Source: Bryobacterales bacterium (GTDB taxonomy: Bacteria; Acidobacteriota; Terriglobia; Bryobacterales; Bryobacteraceae). From it: a DNA stretch of 64,000 bases. Numbering within the stretch: position 1 is the first letter of the stretch; each line of letters starts with the position of its first letter. Below the pieces are notes generated by a model. That model worked only from the letters and a program-made list of their open reading frames with translations, had not been told where the DNA came from and made no database searches. The position numbers were made by a program, and so were the translations under genes. The DNA is taken from the NCBI GenBank assembly GCA_963820405.1, contig CAWFZZ010000013.1, forward strand, positions 10,510 through 74,509, given 5' to 3'. Shown piece by piece: positions 1 to 9,235 of this stretch.

Positions 1-304
1 AGGCTTCCACTTCTGCCTGAAACATAGCAGGCCGAGGACCAGGCTTCGGTTCAAAACCGGCCAGCCGCTCGTTGACGTACGCAAAAAATCCCCGTTTTCC
101 TTGCTCGCCGTCGGTGGGAATATCGATGCCGCAATCCATCTGCTGGCGAACGATCTCAGAGACCGCGCTCCGAACCCGCGCGTCATACGCTTCGGGATCG
201 TAAGCGTCGCCCTGAATCTTCGCCTTCATCAGATCCAACAGGTCTGAGGGACGCGGCAGACTGCCGCAATGCGTGGTCAGGATGCGAGTGGCGCTGCGAT
301 GCAT
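1..304 (-). CDS. MetE-like (cobalamin-independent methionine synthase family, COG0620-type) protein, 5' part only; runs off the window start
   Basis: Manual minus-strand translation from ATG at 302-304: MHRSATRILTTHCGSLPRPSDLLDLMKAKIQGDAYDPEAYDARVRSAVSEIVRQQMDCGIDIPTDGEQGKRGFFAYVNERL... The THxGSLPRP N-terminus is typical of this family. Absent from the ORF track because there is no stop inside the window. Confidence 0.5.
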   Translation of the reverse strand, partial: MHRSATRILTTHCGSLPRPSDLLDLMKAKIQGDAYDPEAYDARVRSAVSEIVRQQMDCGIDIPTDGEQGKRGFFAYVNERLAGFEPKPGPRPAMFQAEVEA

Positions 305-346
305 AAACGACAGCTAAGTTTACATCAAGATGATAAACTCACATCA

Positions 347-1849
347 ATGAATGACGACCATCCAACCCGCCGCGAAGCCCTGGCCGGCCTGGCTGCCGCG
401 TCTCTGGCTACCGGGACTCTGAAGGCGGCCGCTGCCCCCGACCTTTGTTTTATGAGCACCGTAGAGATGGCCAAACTGATCCGCGCCAAAAAGCTGTCGG
501 CGCGTGAAGTGCTGGCCGTGCATCTGAAGCAGATCGAGCGTGTGAACCCGAAAGTGAATGCCATCGTGACTCTGGTGCCGGAAATGGCCACCGAGGCCGC
601 CGCTAAGGCCGACGAGATGCAGGCGCGCGGAGAAAAGTTGGGGCCGCTGCATGGTCTTCCGGTCGCGCACAAGGATCTTATGGAAACCCGCGGCATCCGG
701 ACCACCTTTGGATCGCTGCTCTACAAAGACTACATCCCCACCGAAGACGATCTGGACGTCATACGGATGCGGCAAGCCGGCGCGGTCATCGTCGGCAAAA
801 CCAATACGCCCGAATTTGGCGCTGGATCGCAGACCTTCAATAAAGTCTTTGGCGCGACGCATAATCCTTATGACTTGACCAAGACCTGCGGTGGATCCTC
901 CGGCGGCGCTGCCGTGGCGTTGGCCTGTGGCATGGTGCCTGTTGCCACGGGCTCCGACAGCGGCGGTTCACTTCGCAATCCCGCCGCATTCTGCAATGTG
1001 GTCGGCTTTCGGCCTTCCATCGGCCGCGTACCGGCTCCGAAAGCAGCATTCGCATGGTCGACGCTGAGTACCTCGGGATGCCTCGGACGTTCGGTGGCCG
1101 ACTTGGCGTTGGGGCTGAGCACCATCGCCGGGCCTGATCCGCGCGCTCCGCTCTCCATCCAAGAGCCCGGAGAACTCTTCGCGCGCCCGCTCGATCGCAG
1201 CTTCAAAGGTGTACGCGTGGCCTGGTTCAAGGACTTGGGCGGCGTGCCCTTCGACCCTCGCGTGCGCAATGTGGTGGATGGGCATCGAGCCACGTTTGAG
1301 TCGCTCGGGTGCATCGTCGAGCAGGCCGAGCCGGACTTCGCTCCCGCCGAAATCTCCTTTCGCATAATCCGCGCGTGGAGCTCTGCGAATGCGCACGGCG
1401 CGCAGCTGCGGGAACATCCGGACGCTTTCAAGGACACGCTGAAAGCCGAGATTGAGGAAGGGCAGCGGCTGAGCGGCGCCGATCTGGCACGCGCCGAGAC
1501 CGCCCACGCCCAGATCTGGCGGCGGTTTCAAGCCTTTCTCGAAAAGTACGAATACTTTGTTCTTCCCACCACGCAGCTGCCGGCTTTCGACATCAACACG
1601 CCCTATCCGACCGAGATCGCGGGTGTGAAATTCCCGAGCTACATCGACTGGATGAAGTGCTGTTGGTATATATCGGCGACGGGCAATCCCGCAGCCTCCG
1701 TGCCGGGCGGTTTCACACCGGAAGGGCTTCCGGTTGGAGTGCAGATCGTGGGCCGCGACAAACAAGACTTCAGCGTTCTGCAAATGGCCCACGCGTTCGA
1801 ACAGGCCACTGGCTTTGGCAAGAAGCACCCGGCCATTGCGCTCGGCTAA
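347..1849 (+). CDS. amidase-signature family amidase with Tat-type signal peptide
   Basis: ORF 269..1849. GGSSGG motif (TCGGSSGGAAVALA) and GSDSGGSLRNPA are typical of the amidase signature. Start placed at MNDDHPTRREALAGLAAASLA (twin-arginine leader) because the upstream part overlaps the divergent gene at 1..304. Confidence 0.85.
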   Translation: MNDDHPTRREALAGLAAASLATGTLKAAAAPDLCFMSTVEMAKLIRAKKLSAREVLAVHLKQIERVNPKVNAIVTLVPEMATEAAAKADEMQARGEKLGPLHGLPVAHKDLMETRGIRTTFGSLLYKDYIPTEDDLDVIRMRQAGAVIVGKTNTPEFGAGSQTFNKVFGATHNPYDLTKTCGGSSGGAAVALACGMVPVATGSDSGGSLRNPAAFCNVVGFRPSIGRVPAPKAAFAWSTLSTSGCLGRSVADLALGLSTIAGPDPRAPLSIQEPGELFARPLDRSFKGVRVAWFKDLGGVPFDPRVRNVVDGHRATFESLGCIVEQAEPDFAPAEISFRIIRAWSSANAHGAQLREHPDAFKDTLKAEIEEGQRLSGADLARAETAHAQIWRRFQAFLEKYEYFVLPTTQLPAFDINTPYPTEIAGVKFPSYIDWMKCCWYISATGNPAASVPGGFTPEGLPVGVQIVGRDKQDFSVLQMAHAFEQATGFGKKHPAIALG

Positions 1850-2030
1850 TCGCAGCGGGATTTCCATGACCTTAAGATAATCCCGCGCAACAACAATGCC
1901 AGGGCGATCGGCACTTGGTTGGCCGGGAGCCGCTCCCGAAAAATTTTGCGAATGATGGGACTGAACTGGACTATGGCACCTAGTGGCGTGTCGCAGCGAG
2001 TTCGTTAGCATCGGGAAAAATACCCGGAGC

Positions 2031-2074
2031 GTTCACACGATTGTGAACGCGGCACGCAGGAGTGCGTGCGCCAC
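2031..2074 (+). repeat. REP-A dispersed double-hairpin repeat, copy 1
   Basis: gttcacacgattgtgaacgcggcacgcaggagtgcgtgcgccac, between convergent gene ends. The short shared prefix aaatacccgg-gc is also seen at copy 2. Confidence 0.9.
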
Positions 2075-2087
2075 AATTTGCATTCCG

Positions 2088-3515
2088 CTAGCGAGCTCCG
2101 GGTGGGGCAGGAGCCGGTTTCGTGCCACTCTGCGCTATCAATTGCCGCAGGAGATTTGCCGTTCCTTCGCGCACCGTCGGCGGCCCGCCTGCATGCCCGT
2201 GCAGGCCAATGCCTAGCGCCATCTCGACCGGCGTGCGGCCCTGCGCGTCCTTGACATCCAACCTGGCCCCGTGCGCAGCCAGAAATTTGACGATGTCGTC
2301 CGACGCGTGGGCGGCGAAATGCAGCGGAGTTTGCCCGGTCTCGCTTACGGCATTCACGTCCGCGCCGGCAGTTACCAAAACTTTCACCGACTCCAGAAGC
2401 TCAGCTTCGGTTGCATAGTCGTTCGCAAAGGTACCCGTACCATATCCAAGGCCTGAGGCGAACATGAGCGCCGTTGTTCCGTTCTTGGCTGCGAGGTTGG
2501 GAACGGCGCCGTGATCGAGCAGCAGCCGCAGCGCCGGAGCGTCGCCATTCTTAGCCGCGCGCATCAGAGGTGTCGAACCTGTGTTCAGCGACGGCTCGCC
2601 CGGCGTGTGGGCACGCTGCGTGGCCGGCGTTTTCAAGCGCGCGTTCGGGTCCGCTCCATGCGCCAGCAAAACCTGCATCAGATCCAGCGCCGTTATTTTG
2701 CTGGTAGCGGGGCGCGCGGGATGCCCGTACACTTCGCCGAGCGTGTGCATATCCACCGCCGCGTACATCGCGGCCATTCCTGAGGCGTCGGCGATATTGG
2801 GGTCGGCTCCCTTTTCAGTGAGCAGGGCAGCAGTATCGTAATGACTATTTATGATGGCAAGCAGCAGCGCGGTTGACCCGTCCGGATCGGTCAGATTCAG
2901 ACTCGCTCCCGCATCCGCGAGAGTACGGGCTGTTTCGAGCGAACCTTGCCGGGCCGCGTACATCAGCGGGGTCCAATTCCCATGCGGAAGAATCGTGAGC
3001 ACTCCCTCCAGGCCGAAACGATCTTTCGCACGTTCCAGCGGATTGGTGCGGGCATTCACATCGGCGCCATGTGCGATCAATACCTGAGCCGTCTCGGCGT
3101 GATTCTGCTCGGCCGCCCAGACCAGCGCGGTTTCGCCATACACTTCCTCTTTCGCATTCACGTCCGCGCCGTGCGCGATCAGAAGCCGCACGATTTCCGG
3201 ATTCCCGGTGCGCGCCGCCGTCATGAGGATCGTGACGCCGCCAGAAACCTTGGCGTTGGCATCCGCGCCGGCTTTCAACAGCGCCTCTGCCATGGCCGCG
3301 TTCCGGTTCGTGGCGGCCAGCGAGAGCGGTGTCACGCCGTAGCGATTGGCGGCTTTAGCGTCTGCACCCGCGCGAAGCAGTCGCTGCGCTGTTGGGAGGT
3401 CGTCGTTATAAACGGCCCATTCAAGAGGCGTGGTGCCATCCGCGTCCGCGGCATGAACCGCCCGGCCGCCGGCGAAGAATACTGCGGTCAGGGCTGCCAG
3501 TCTAAACCAGAACAT
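2088..3515 (-). CDS. ankyrin-repeat protein, secreted (signal peptide)
   Basis: 475 aa. N-terminal MFWFRLAALTAVFFAGGRAVHA leader. Many repeats of the form G.TPL..A...G....V..LL..GADVNA. Confidence 0.85.
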   Translation of the reverse strand: MFWFRLAALTAVFFAGGRAVHAADADGTTPLEWAVYNDDLPTAQRLLRAGADAKAANRYGVTPLSLAATNRNAAMAEALLKAGADANAKVSGGVTILMTAARTGNPEIVRLLIAHGADVNAKEEVYGETALVWAAEQNHAETAQVLIAHGADVNARTNPLERAKDRFGLEGVLTILPHGNWTPLMYAARQGSLETARTLADAGASLNLTDPDGSTALLLAIINSHYDTAALLTEKGADPNIADASGMAAMYAAVDMHTLGEVYGHPARPATSKITALDLMQVLLAHGADPNARLKTPATQRAHTPGEPSLNTGSTPLMRAAKNGDAPALRLLLDHGAVPNLAAKNGTTALMFASGLGYGTGTFANDYATEAELLESVKVLVTAGADVNAVSETGQTPLHFAAHASDDIVKFLAAHGARLDVKDAQGRTPVEMALGIGLHGHAGGPPTVREGTANLLRQLIAQSGTKPAPAPPGAR

Positions 3516-4830
3516 CGGTTTTCCCTGTGCTGTCGCCGAACTTTTCCATGGGCCGACCGAATTTTTCCGCGACGTTCAGCCAGAAATTTCCCACCGGCGT
3601 TCGCTCCGGCAACTGGACGTGCCGATGTCCCGCGCCCACGCCTCCTCCAATGGCCACTAGCGGAAGCGGGTCTGTCGCATGGACGTTGGAGTCGGCCATC
3701 CCAGCGCCATAGATGATGAGAGAATGATCGAGCAGCGATCCGTCTCCATCTGGAGTGGCGCGCAACTTGTCCAGGAATTTCGCATACATTCGGGCGTAGT
3801 AGGTGTTGATTTTCACCACCTGCGCCATCTTTTCCGGATTGTTCTGGTGATGGGAAACGGAATGGTGCTGCTCGGTAACTCCAATCTGCGGATAGGTGCG
3901 CTGGCTGAGCTCGCGCGACATCATGAAGGTGAAGACGCGCGTGATGTCGGCCTGATAAGCGACAGCCAGCAAGTCGAACAAAATTGCAACGTGCTCGTCG
4001 AACGAGTCGGGCACGCCGATAGGAGCATCCGGAACGTCCACCTGAACGGCGCCGCGAGCTTCCTGCTTCTGGATGCGCCGCTCGATTTCGCGAAGATTAT
4101 CCAGGTAATCTTGCATTCGAACGCGATCGCGCGCGCCCAAGCCGTGTCCCAAGCCGCTCGATTCGGCGACCACGGAGTCGAGAATGCTGCGCTCTTTTTC
4201 GCTGCGCGCCTGGCGCTCGGCGGACGTGCCGGTGGCGCCAAACAAGCGCTCAAAAACAGCTCGAGGATTGATCTCCATGGGCAGCGGCGTGGATGGGGTG
4301 CTCCAGGAAATGGTGTTCAAGTAGGCGCAACTGAAGCCAGGCGAGCAGCCTCCCACGTAGCCGGTGAAATCTTCAGTGGCCACTTCGAGCGACGGGAGCG
4401 GCGTGTCCTGTCCGATCTGGCGGGCGACCACCTGGTCGATGGTGGTGTTGGCGAGCACGTCCTCGGCTTCGGTGCGTTTGGGCCAAACTCCGGTCAAGAA
4501 TCCAGCGGCGCTCACGGCGTGATCGCCGAACTGGCTGCCGGGGTGGGATCGCGTGAGATTGGTCACGATCAGCAAAGAATCGCGGAACGGTTCCAGCGGC
4601 TTCAGAATTGGCGTGAACTCAAAGCCTGAGCCAACTGTCTTGGGAGTAAGCTGCTGCATGATTGCGCCGTTGGGGAAATAGACGGCGCCAAATCGCAGGC
4701 GAGGCTTCGCGGCGGCTTTGGCCAGCGGAACGAATGCGGGGAACATGGCGTCCAGGAGCGGCAGCGCTATGGCCGTGCCGGCTCCGCGCAATATGGTGCG
4801 GCGAGATAGTGACTTCTTGCGAAGGAACAT
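3502..4830 (-). CDS. DUF1552 family protein (Tat signal)
   Basis: ORF 3502..4860. Start moved to MFLRKKSLSRRTILRGAG (ATG 4828-4830) because the first 10 codons lie inside the shared aaatacccgg-gc prefix flanking REP-A copy 2. It lies immediately downstream of a DUF1592-type gene, which is the usual pairing of these families. Confidence 0.7.
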   Translation of the reverse strand: MFLRKKSLSRRTILRGAGTAIALPLLDAMFPAFVPLAKAAAKPRLRFGAVYFPNGAIMQQLTPKTVGSGFEFTPILKPLEPFRDSLLIVTNLTRSHPGSQFGDHAVSAAGFLTGVWPKRTEAEDVLANTTIDQVVARQIGQDTPLPSLEVATEDFTGYVGGCSPGFSCAYLNTISWSTPSTPLPMEINPRAVFERLFGATGTSAERQARSEKERSILDSVVAESSGLGHGLGARDRVRMQDYLDNLREIERRIQKQEARGAVQVDVPDAPIGVPDSFDEHVAILFDLLAVAYQADITRVFTFMMSRELSQRTYPQIGVTEQHHSVSHHQNNPEKMAQVVKINTYYARMYAKFLDKLRATPDGDGSLLDHSLIIYGAGMADSNVHATDPLPLVAIGGGVGAGHRHVQLPERTPVGNFWLNVAEKFGRPMEKFGDSTGKTDVLV

Positions 4831-4854
4831 GGCGCTAGGAGAAATACCCGGCGC

Positions 4855-4898
4855 GTTCACACGAGTATGAACGCGGCACGCAAGAATGCGTACGCCAC
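4855..4898 (+). repeat. REP-A repeat, copy 2 (slightly diverged)
   Basis: gttcacacgagtatgaacgcggcacgcaagaatgcgtacgccac, between two co-directional minus-strand genes. Confidence 0.85.
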
Positions 4899-4935
4899 AA
4901 TTGTATCCTGGTAACGATTTCGCTGCTACAGGCCA

Positions 4936-7281
4936 CTAGTCTCCCTCAGAGGTTCTCATTTGAAAAGGCGTGCTGTGCGCGATGCCCAGTATTAACGCGG
5001 AGAATCGATAATTATCGCGAGAGGCATCGCGCAAAATTGCCCGTACGGTGGGCATGTCGCGATAATCGAGCCCACGGCCTAGCGCGTAGATCAACAGTTT
5101 TTCAGTCAGAGCGCCGGCAAACAGCTCCGGGCGGCTGGTCAGCGCATTGCGCAATGAAACGACGCCGTCCACATGAGTGCCGTCGGCAAGTTCGCCGCTG
5201 GCGTCGATGGGTTGGCCGGAGTCTTGCGCGCGCGATGCGCCCACCGCGTCAAAATTCTCCATCGCGAAACCGATCGAATCCATGGCCTTGTGGCAGCTTG
5301 CACACACCGGGTTGGCGCGATGCTCGGCCATCTGTTCGCGCATGGTTCGAGGTTTCTGTCCTTCTTGATTTCCTTTGAGCGGCGGCACATCAGGCGGAGG
5401 CGGCGGCACGGGCGTACCCAAAATGTTTTCGAGAATCCATTTGCCCCGCACCACGGGCGAGGTCCTCTCGGCGTGCGAGGTGAGAGCCAGAATGCTGCCT
5501 TGTCCGAGCAAACCGCGGCGGGCGTCATCGGTAATCGGGACGCGGCGGAAGCGGCTCCCATAGATGTCCGGGATGCCGTAATGGCGTGCCAGGCGCTCGT
5601 TGACGAAGGTGTAGTTGGCGGTCAGAAGATCGAGAACACTGTGGTTTTCCTGGACAATGCTTTCAAACAACAGCTCTGTTTCGCGCTGGAACGACTGGCG
5701 CAGGTTGTCGTCGAAATCGGGAAACAGATCGGTGTTGGGCTGCACGTTGCGGAGATTGCGAAGCTGCAGCCACTGACCAGCGAAGTTGTCCACCAGCGCC
5801 TGCGACTTTGGGTCGGCCAGCATGCGGCGCACCTGGCGATCGAACACGGCGGGATTCCTGAGCTGCCCTTCACTCGCCAATCGGAGCAGTTCCTCATCGG
5901 GAATGCTGCTCCATAAGAAGAATGACAGGCGAGAGGCCAATTCGAAGTCGCCCAGGCGGTAGCAAGTGGCGGAAGTCACTCCTGCCGGGTCGCGCTCGAC
6001 ACGGAACAAAAACTTCGGGCTGGCCAAAACCCGCTCCAGCGCCAGCTCAACGCCCGATTCAAAGCCACCGTCGCGCTTTCCGGATTGATAAAACGTCAGT
6101 AGCGTGTCCAAATCCGATGGAGAGACTGGCTGGCGATAGGCCCTGCGCGCCAATGTGGCGAGGACTTGCCGCGCACAGGCATCCTCGCTGATCTTTTCGC
6201 CGGGATGACAGACAAAAAGGCGACGACGGCTGGGCGTGTCGGTCGCGCTTCCGGGATGAAATGGACCACTGATGGTCAGCGATTGAAGATGCGGCGATCC
6301 CGACCAATCGAAATTGTCGACGGAGCTACGGATGTAGGGCTCGAGGCGCGCGGGCTCCACTTCCCCTGGGTCGTCGAGAAAAGCTACGGTGACTGCATGC
6401 GGACCGGCCTTTACAGGAACGCGAACGCGCAACCGCGCATCCACCGCGTCGCCGGTGTCGGTCGGTTTCTGAAACAGCGCCGCCAGATCTTCGTTTCCGC
6501 CCAGCGATGCGAGGTGAATGCGCTGGCCATCCACGGAGAATTCCACCTGATGGGGGGATTCGAGGCCGCGCATAATATTCAGATTGGTGCGATACAGTTT
6601 CGCTTGAAACGTATACTCGCCATCCAGGGGAAAGTTGTAGCGCACCGAAGTTCCGCCGATGGTACCGAGCGGCAGCCCATTCACGTGCTGGTCTTGGGAA
6701 AGATCCTGCCGGATGCGCCAAGTTTCGCTGCCGGGCGCGATCTTGGGATCGCCTACCGCGAGAGCGCCGATCTTCAGCGCGGCGTCGAGATAATGCTCCT
6801 GCAGAGACGGCGACAGGCCGAGGGCGTCAGAGATGTTGTCGAAGCCAAACGCTGAGTCGTCTGGCGGGAGCAGGGAAGCCGCGTCGATGTCGAGGGCTAG
6901 AAGATCGCGGATCGCATTGGCGTACTCAGAACGGTTGAGACGATGTAGGATGGGGCGGCCCGCATAAGGCTGGGAACCTTGATCGATTTGCGCTTCGAGC
7001 CAGCCGGCCAGACTGCTGTATGTAGCCGCGTCGGGCCGCGGCATTCCGGCCGGGGGCATGGTGCCCGATCGCAACTTGCGGACCACCTTTTCCCAAACTT
7101 CGGCCTGAGCCGGAACCTTCCCGAGGTCCATGTTATCCAGGGTGAGTCCGCCGGTCTTGAGGCGCTGGTTATGGCAGGTGACGCAATACTTGTCGAGCAC
7201 AGCGCGGTAGGCCGGGTCGGCGAATAATCCGCTCGATGCGGCGACCAGCCACAGCCCCAGCGCTACGCCCTGCTTTAGCAT
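4936..7281 (-). CDS. DUF1592/DUF1595/DUF1588/DUF1585-type large secreted protein with cytochrome-c motif
   Basis: ORF 4936..7656, trimmed to MLKQGVALGLWLVAASSGLFA (ATG 7279-7281). The upstream 125 codons translate a heptamer array and G-rich repeats (PATNHQPPITNHQPP). CVTCHN heme motif near the N-terminus and NPVCASCHKAMDSIGFAMENFDAVG near the C-terminus. Confidence 0.75.
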   Translation of the reverse strand: MLKQGVALGLWLVAASSGLFADPAYRAVLDKYCVTCHNQRLKTGGLTLDNMDLGKVPAQAEVWEKVVRKLRSGTMPPAGMPRPDAATYSSLAGWLEAQIDQGSQPYAGRPILHRLNRSEYANAIRDLLALDIDAASLLPPDDSAFGFDNISDALGLSPSLQEHYLDAALKIGALAVGDPKIAPGSETWRIRQDLSQDQHVNGLPLGTIGGTSVRYNFPLDGEYTFQAKLYRTNLNIMRGLESPHQVEFSVDGQRIHLASLGGNEDLAALFQKPTDTGDAVDARLRVRVPVKAGPHAVTVAFLDDPGEVEPARLEPYIRSSVDNFDWSGSPHLQSLTISGPFHPGSATDTPSRRRLFVCHPGEKISEDACARQVLATLARRAYRQPVSPSDLDTLLTFYQSGKRDGGFESGVELALERVLASPKFLFRVERDPAGVTSATCYRLGDFELASRLSFFLWSSIPDEELLRLASEGQLRNPAVFDRQVRRMLADPKSQALVDNFAGQWLQLRNLRNVQPNTDLFPDFDDNLRQSFQRETELLFESIVQENHSVLDLLTANYTFVNERLARHYGIPDIYGSRFRRVPITDDARRGLLGQGSILALTSHAERTSPVVRGKWILENILGTPVPPPPPDVPPLKGNQEGQKPRTMREQMAEHRANPVCASCHKAMDSIGFAMENFDAVGASRAQDSGQPIDASGELADGTHVDGVVSLRNALTSRPELFAGALTEKLLIYALGRGLDYRDMPTVRAILRDASRDNYRFSALILGIAHSTPFQMRTSEGD

Positions 7282-7342
7282 CCCTATGAAAAGTCTATCC
7301 CAACTTGCATGCAAGCAGCGCCAGCGGAAGGGGGGTGGGGAA

Positions 7343-7391
7343 GTGGTTGGTGGTTGGTGATTGGTGATTGGTGGCTGGTGATTGGTGGCTG
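7343..7391 (+). repeat. heptanucleotide tandem array, 7 units (GTGNNTG)
   Basis: gtggttg gtggttg gtgattg gtgattg gtggctg gtgattg gtggctg, read directly, in the long intergenic region upstream of the DUF1592-type gene. Confidence 0.9.
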
Positions 7392-7698
7392 GACGGGATC
7401 GGCATAATGGCGTGGGGAAAGCTGATGCTACTTTGAAATCTTGTCCAGCGCGCCAGCGGAAGGGGGTGGGGTATGCGGTGTCGGCGGTGCATAAAAAAAT
7501 CGGGATTGGTGAGATCGGGAGGCGCATCAGGGTACTTTTTGTGTTTGGTGGCGCAATTTTTTTGGTTTTCGATTGAGAGGCGGGACGGGCGGATGGGAGC
7601 GGGGCTGGTTCGAGGGTAGCAGGCGGTCGCGGCCGCGGGCAGGCGCGGGATGGCAAGTGGTTGGAATTGGGGAGGAATGAAATTGGGGAGGGCCGTCA

Positions 7699-8334
7699 CT
7701 ACTTCGAAATCTTGTCCAGACAGATGTCCTCCTGCAGTTTTTCGCCTGGACGGAACGAGAAGCTGCTGCTGGATGTCCAGGTTTGAGTGTACGCGCCTGG
7801 ATCGTCGATGGTGACTTCGTATTTCATTGCCAGCGGGCCGGTCCGGGTGAATCTTTCGATCACGTGCAACTGCTCGGTGTGAGGATGGCCAGCGTCGTCG
7901 AGCCATGTCTGGTCGTTGAAGCCGATGGAATCGACCACTAAGGTGGCTCCTTCCCAGTGGCCGATGGAATGCCCCAGCCAGTTGGGATTGGGGTCTTTCG
8001 GCTGTCGACGGCCATCCATCCAGACCTGTCGCCAGACATGCGCGCCGCCTTCGTACACGAACACGATTCGGTTGGGCGTTTGAACGATCTCGAAAGGACG
8101 CGCCATGAGCATAATTCGCGGAACACCGGGCGGCAGGCAGCGGGCAGCAGGGTCGCTCTGTTTGGTGGCGTGGTTTTCTTGAAATTTCAGTTTGGCCCAG
8201 GGCTGGAAGGGGACATTGGGGTTAGGAGCCAGGTCCGGTATGGGACGAGGGAGCCAGACGCCATCGCCGCTCAGGTCGGGAACTTGCGCCTGCGCTGAGA
8301 TCAGCGCGAGGGAGAAAAGAAAAAAACATTTCAT
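7699..8334 (-). CDS. secreted protein, uncharacterised paralog family X (copy A)
   Basis: 211 aa with signal peptide MKCFFLFSLALISAQA. Shares CLPPGVPR, WLGHSIGHWEGATLVVD, GHPHTEQLHVIERF, TIDDPGAYTQTW and a C-terminal Cys with four other ORFs in this window. Confidence 0.7.
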   Translation of the reverse strand: MKCFFLFSLALISAQAQVPDLSGDGVWLPRPIPDLAPNPNVPFQPWAKLKFQENHATKQSDPAARCLPPGVPRIMLMARPFEIVQTPNRIVFVYEGGAHVWRQVWMDGRRQPKDPNPNWLGHSIGHWEGATLVVDSIGFNDQTWLDDAGHPHTEQLHVIERFTRTGPLAMKYEVTIDDPGAYTQTWTSSSSFSFRPGEKLQEDICLDKISK

Positions 8335-9146
8335 TACTTTTTCGTGCTGCCGATCATGTGGATCGAGCTTTTTTCGTCTTCCTGGCAGATGGACTCCATG
8401 AGCTCCATGCCAGGACGCCAGTGGACTGTATTGTAAGTGGTCCAGGGTTTCGAATATGCCTGGGGATCGTCGATGGTAACTTCATACTTCAGCGTGATCG
8501 AGTCGGTGCGAGTATAACGTTCGATCAGGTGCAGTTTGGCCGAAGTGGCATGGCCAGCCTGGTCCAGCCATGCGAGGCCGTTGAAACCGATTACGTCGAC
8601 CACCAGGGTATCGCCTTCGTAGTGGCCGACGGCATCGCCCAGCCAGGTGGGCTTGAGATTCTTGGGATGCGTCCCTTTCGGATCGATGGTTATGATGCGC
8701 CACAGGTAGTTGTCTCCCTCGAAGACGAATAGGACTTGATTGCGCGTTTGAATCATCTGAAATGGATAGGGATCGAACATGAAGCGCGGCACGCCCACCG
8801 GCAGGCATTTGGCCTCCGGGTCGTCCTTGGAGAGGCTTTCGACGCGCTGGTTGTAGGTCTGGAGGGTCCAGGGAAGGAACGGGACGTCGACATGTTGGTC
8901 GGCGCTTTTCACTCCTTTCCATTTGGTCTCGGCGACGTTGCCGTTGAAGCCGGGATACCAGGCGCCGTCTCCGCCAAAGTCGGGGCGGCCGTCGGGCAGG
9001 TGTGGCGTGGGGCCGGCTACTTGCTTCGGCACTTTGTCTTCCGGGAAGTCGCTGGCTGGAAGGAACGGGCCAGGGTCTTTCGCCAGGGGCGGTTGTTGGG
9101 CACAGGCGAGGCAGGCCAGGGCAATAAGAAGGGGCGTCGCTTTCAC
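8334..9146 (-). CDS. secreted protein, paralog family X (copy B)
   Basis: 270 aa with leader MKATPLLIALACLACA. Motifs CLPVGVPR, WLGDAVGHYEGDTLVVD, ERYTR and TIDDPQAYSKPW. Its stop overlaps the start of copy A by 1 nt (TAATG). Confidence 0.7.
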   Translation of the reverse strand: MKATPLLIALACLACAQQPPLAKDPGPFLPASDFPEDKVPKQVAGPTPHLPDGRPDFGGDGAWYPGFNGNVAETKWKGVKSADQHVDVPFLPWTLQTYNQRVESLSKDDPEAKCLPVGVPRFMFDPYPFQMIQTRNQVLFVFEGDNYLWRIITIDPKGTHPKNLKPTWLGDAVGHYEGDTLVVDVIGFNGLAWLDQAGHATSAKLHLIERYTRTDSITLKYEVTIDDPQAYSKPWTTYNTVHWRPGMELMESICQEDEKSSIHMIGSTKK

Positions 9147-9191
9147 TTTTCGATCCTATATTTAATCGATGTTTTGGTCAACGGGTGAGGC

Positions 9192-9235
9192 GTTCACACG
9201 AGTGTGAACGCGGCACGCACGAGTGCGTGCGCCAC
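9192..9235 (+). repeat. REP-A repeat, copy 3
   Basis: gttcacacgagtgtgaacgcggcacgcacgagtgcgtgcgccac. Confidence 0.9.

Noticed and set aside
968-2011. Long antisense ORFs opposite well-supported genes (e.g. 968..2011 -, 10161..11153 -, 15565..17304 -, 17262..18548 -, 26891..28237 +, 31726..32739 +, 45509..46507 -, 62327..63556 +).
   Set aside because: They are Arg/Ala/Gly/Pro-rich shadow ORFs of the kind expected in high-GC DNA. They fully overlap genes with clear family motifs on the other strand and contain no recognisable motifs.
7282-7656. N-terminal 125-codon extension of the DUF1592-type ORF (PATNHQPPITNHQPP...).
   Set aside because: The extension translates the heptamer array and G-rich repeats. 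A proper signal peptide starts at the internal ATG 7281.
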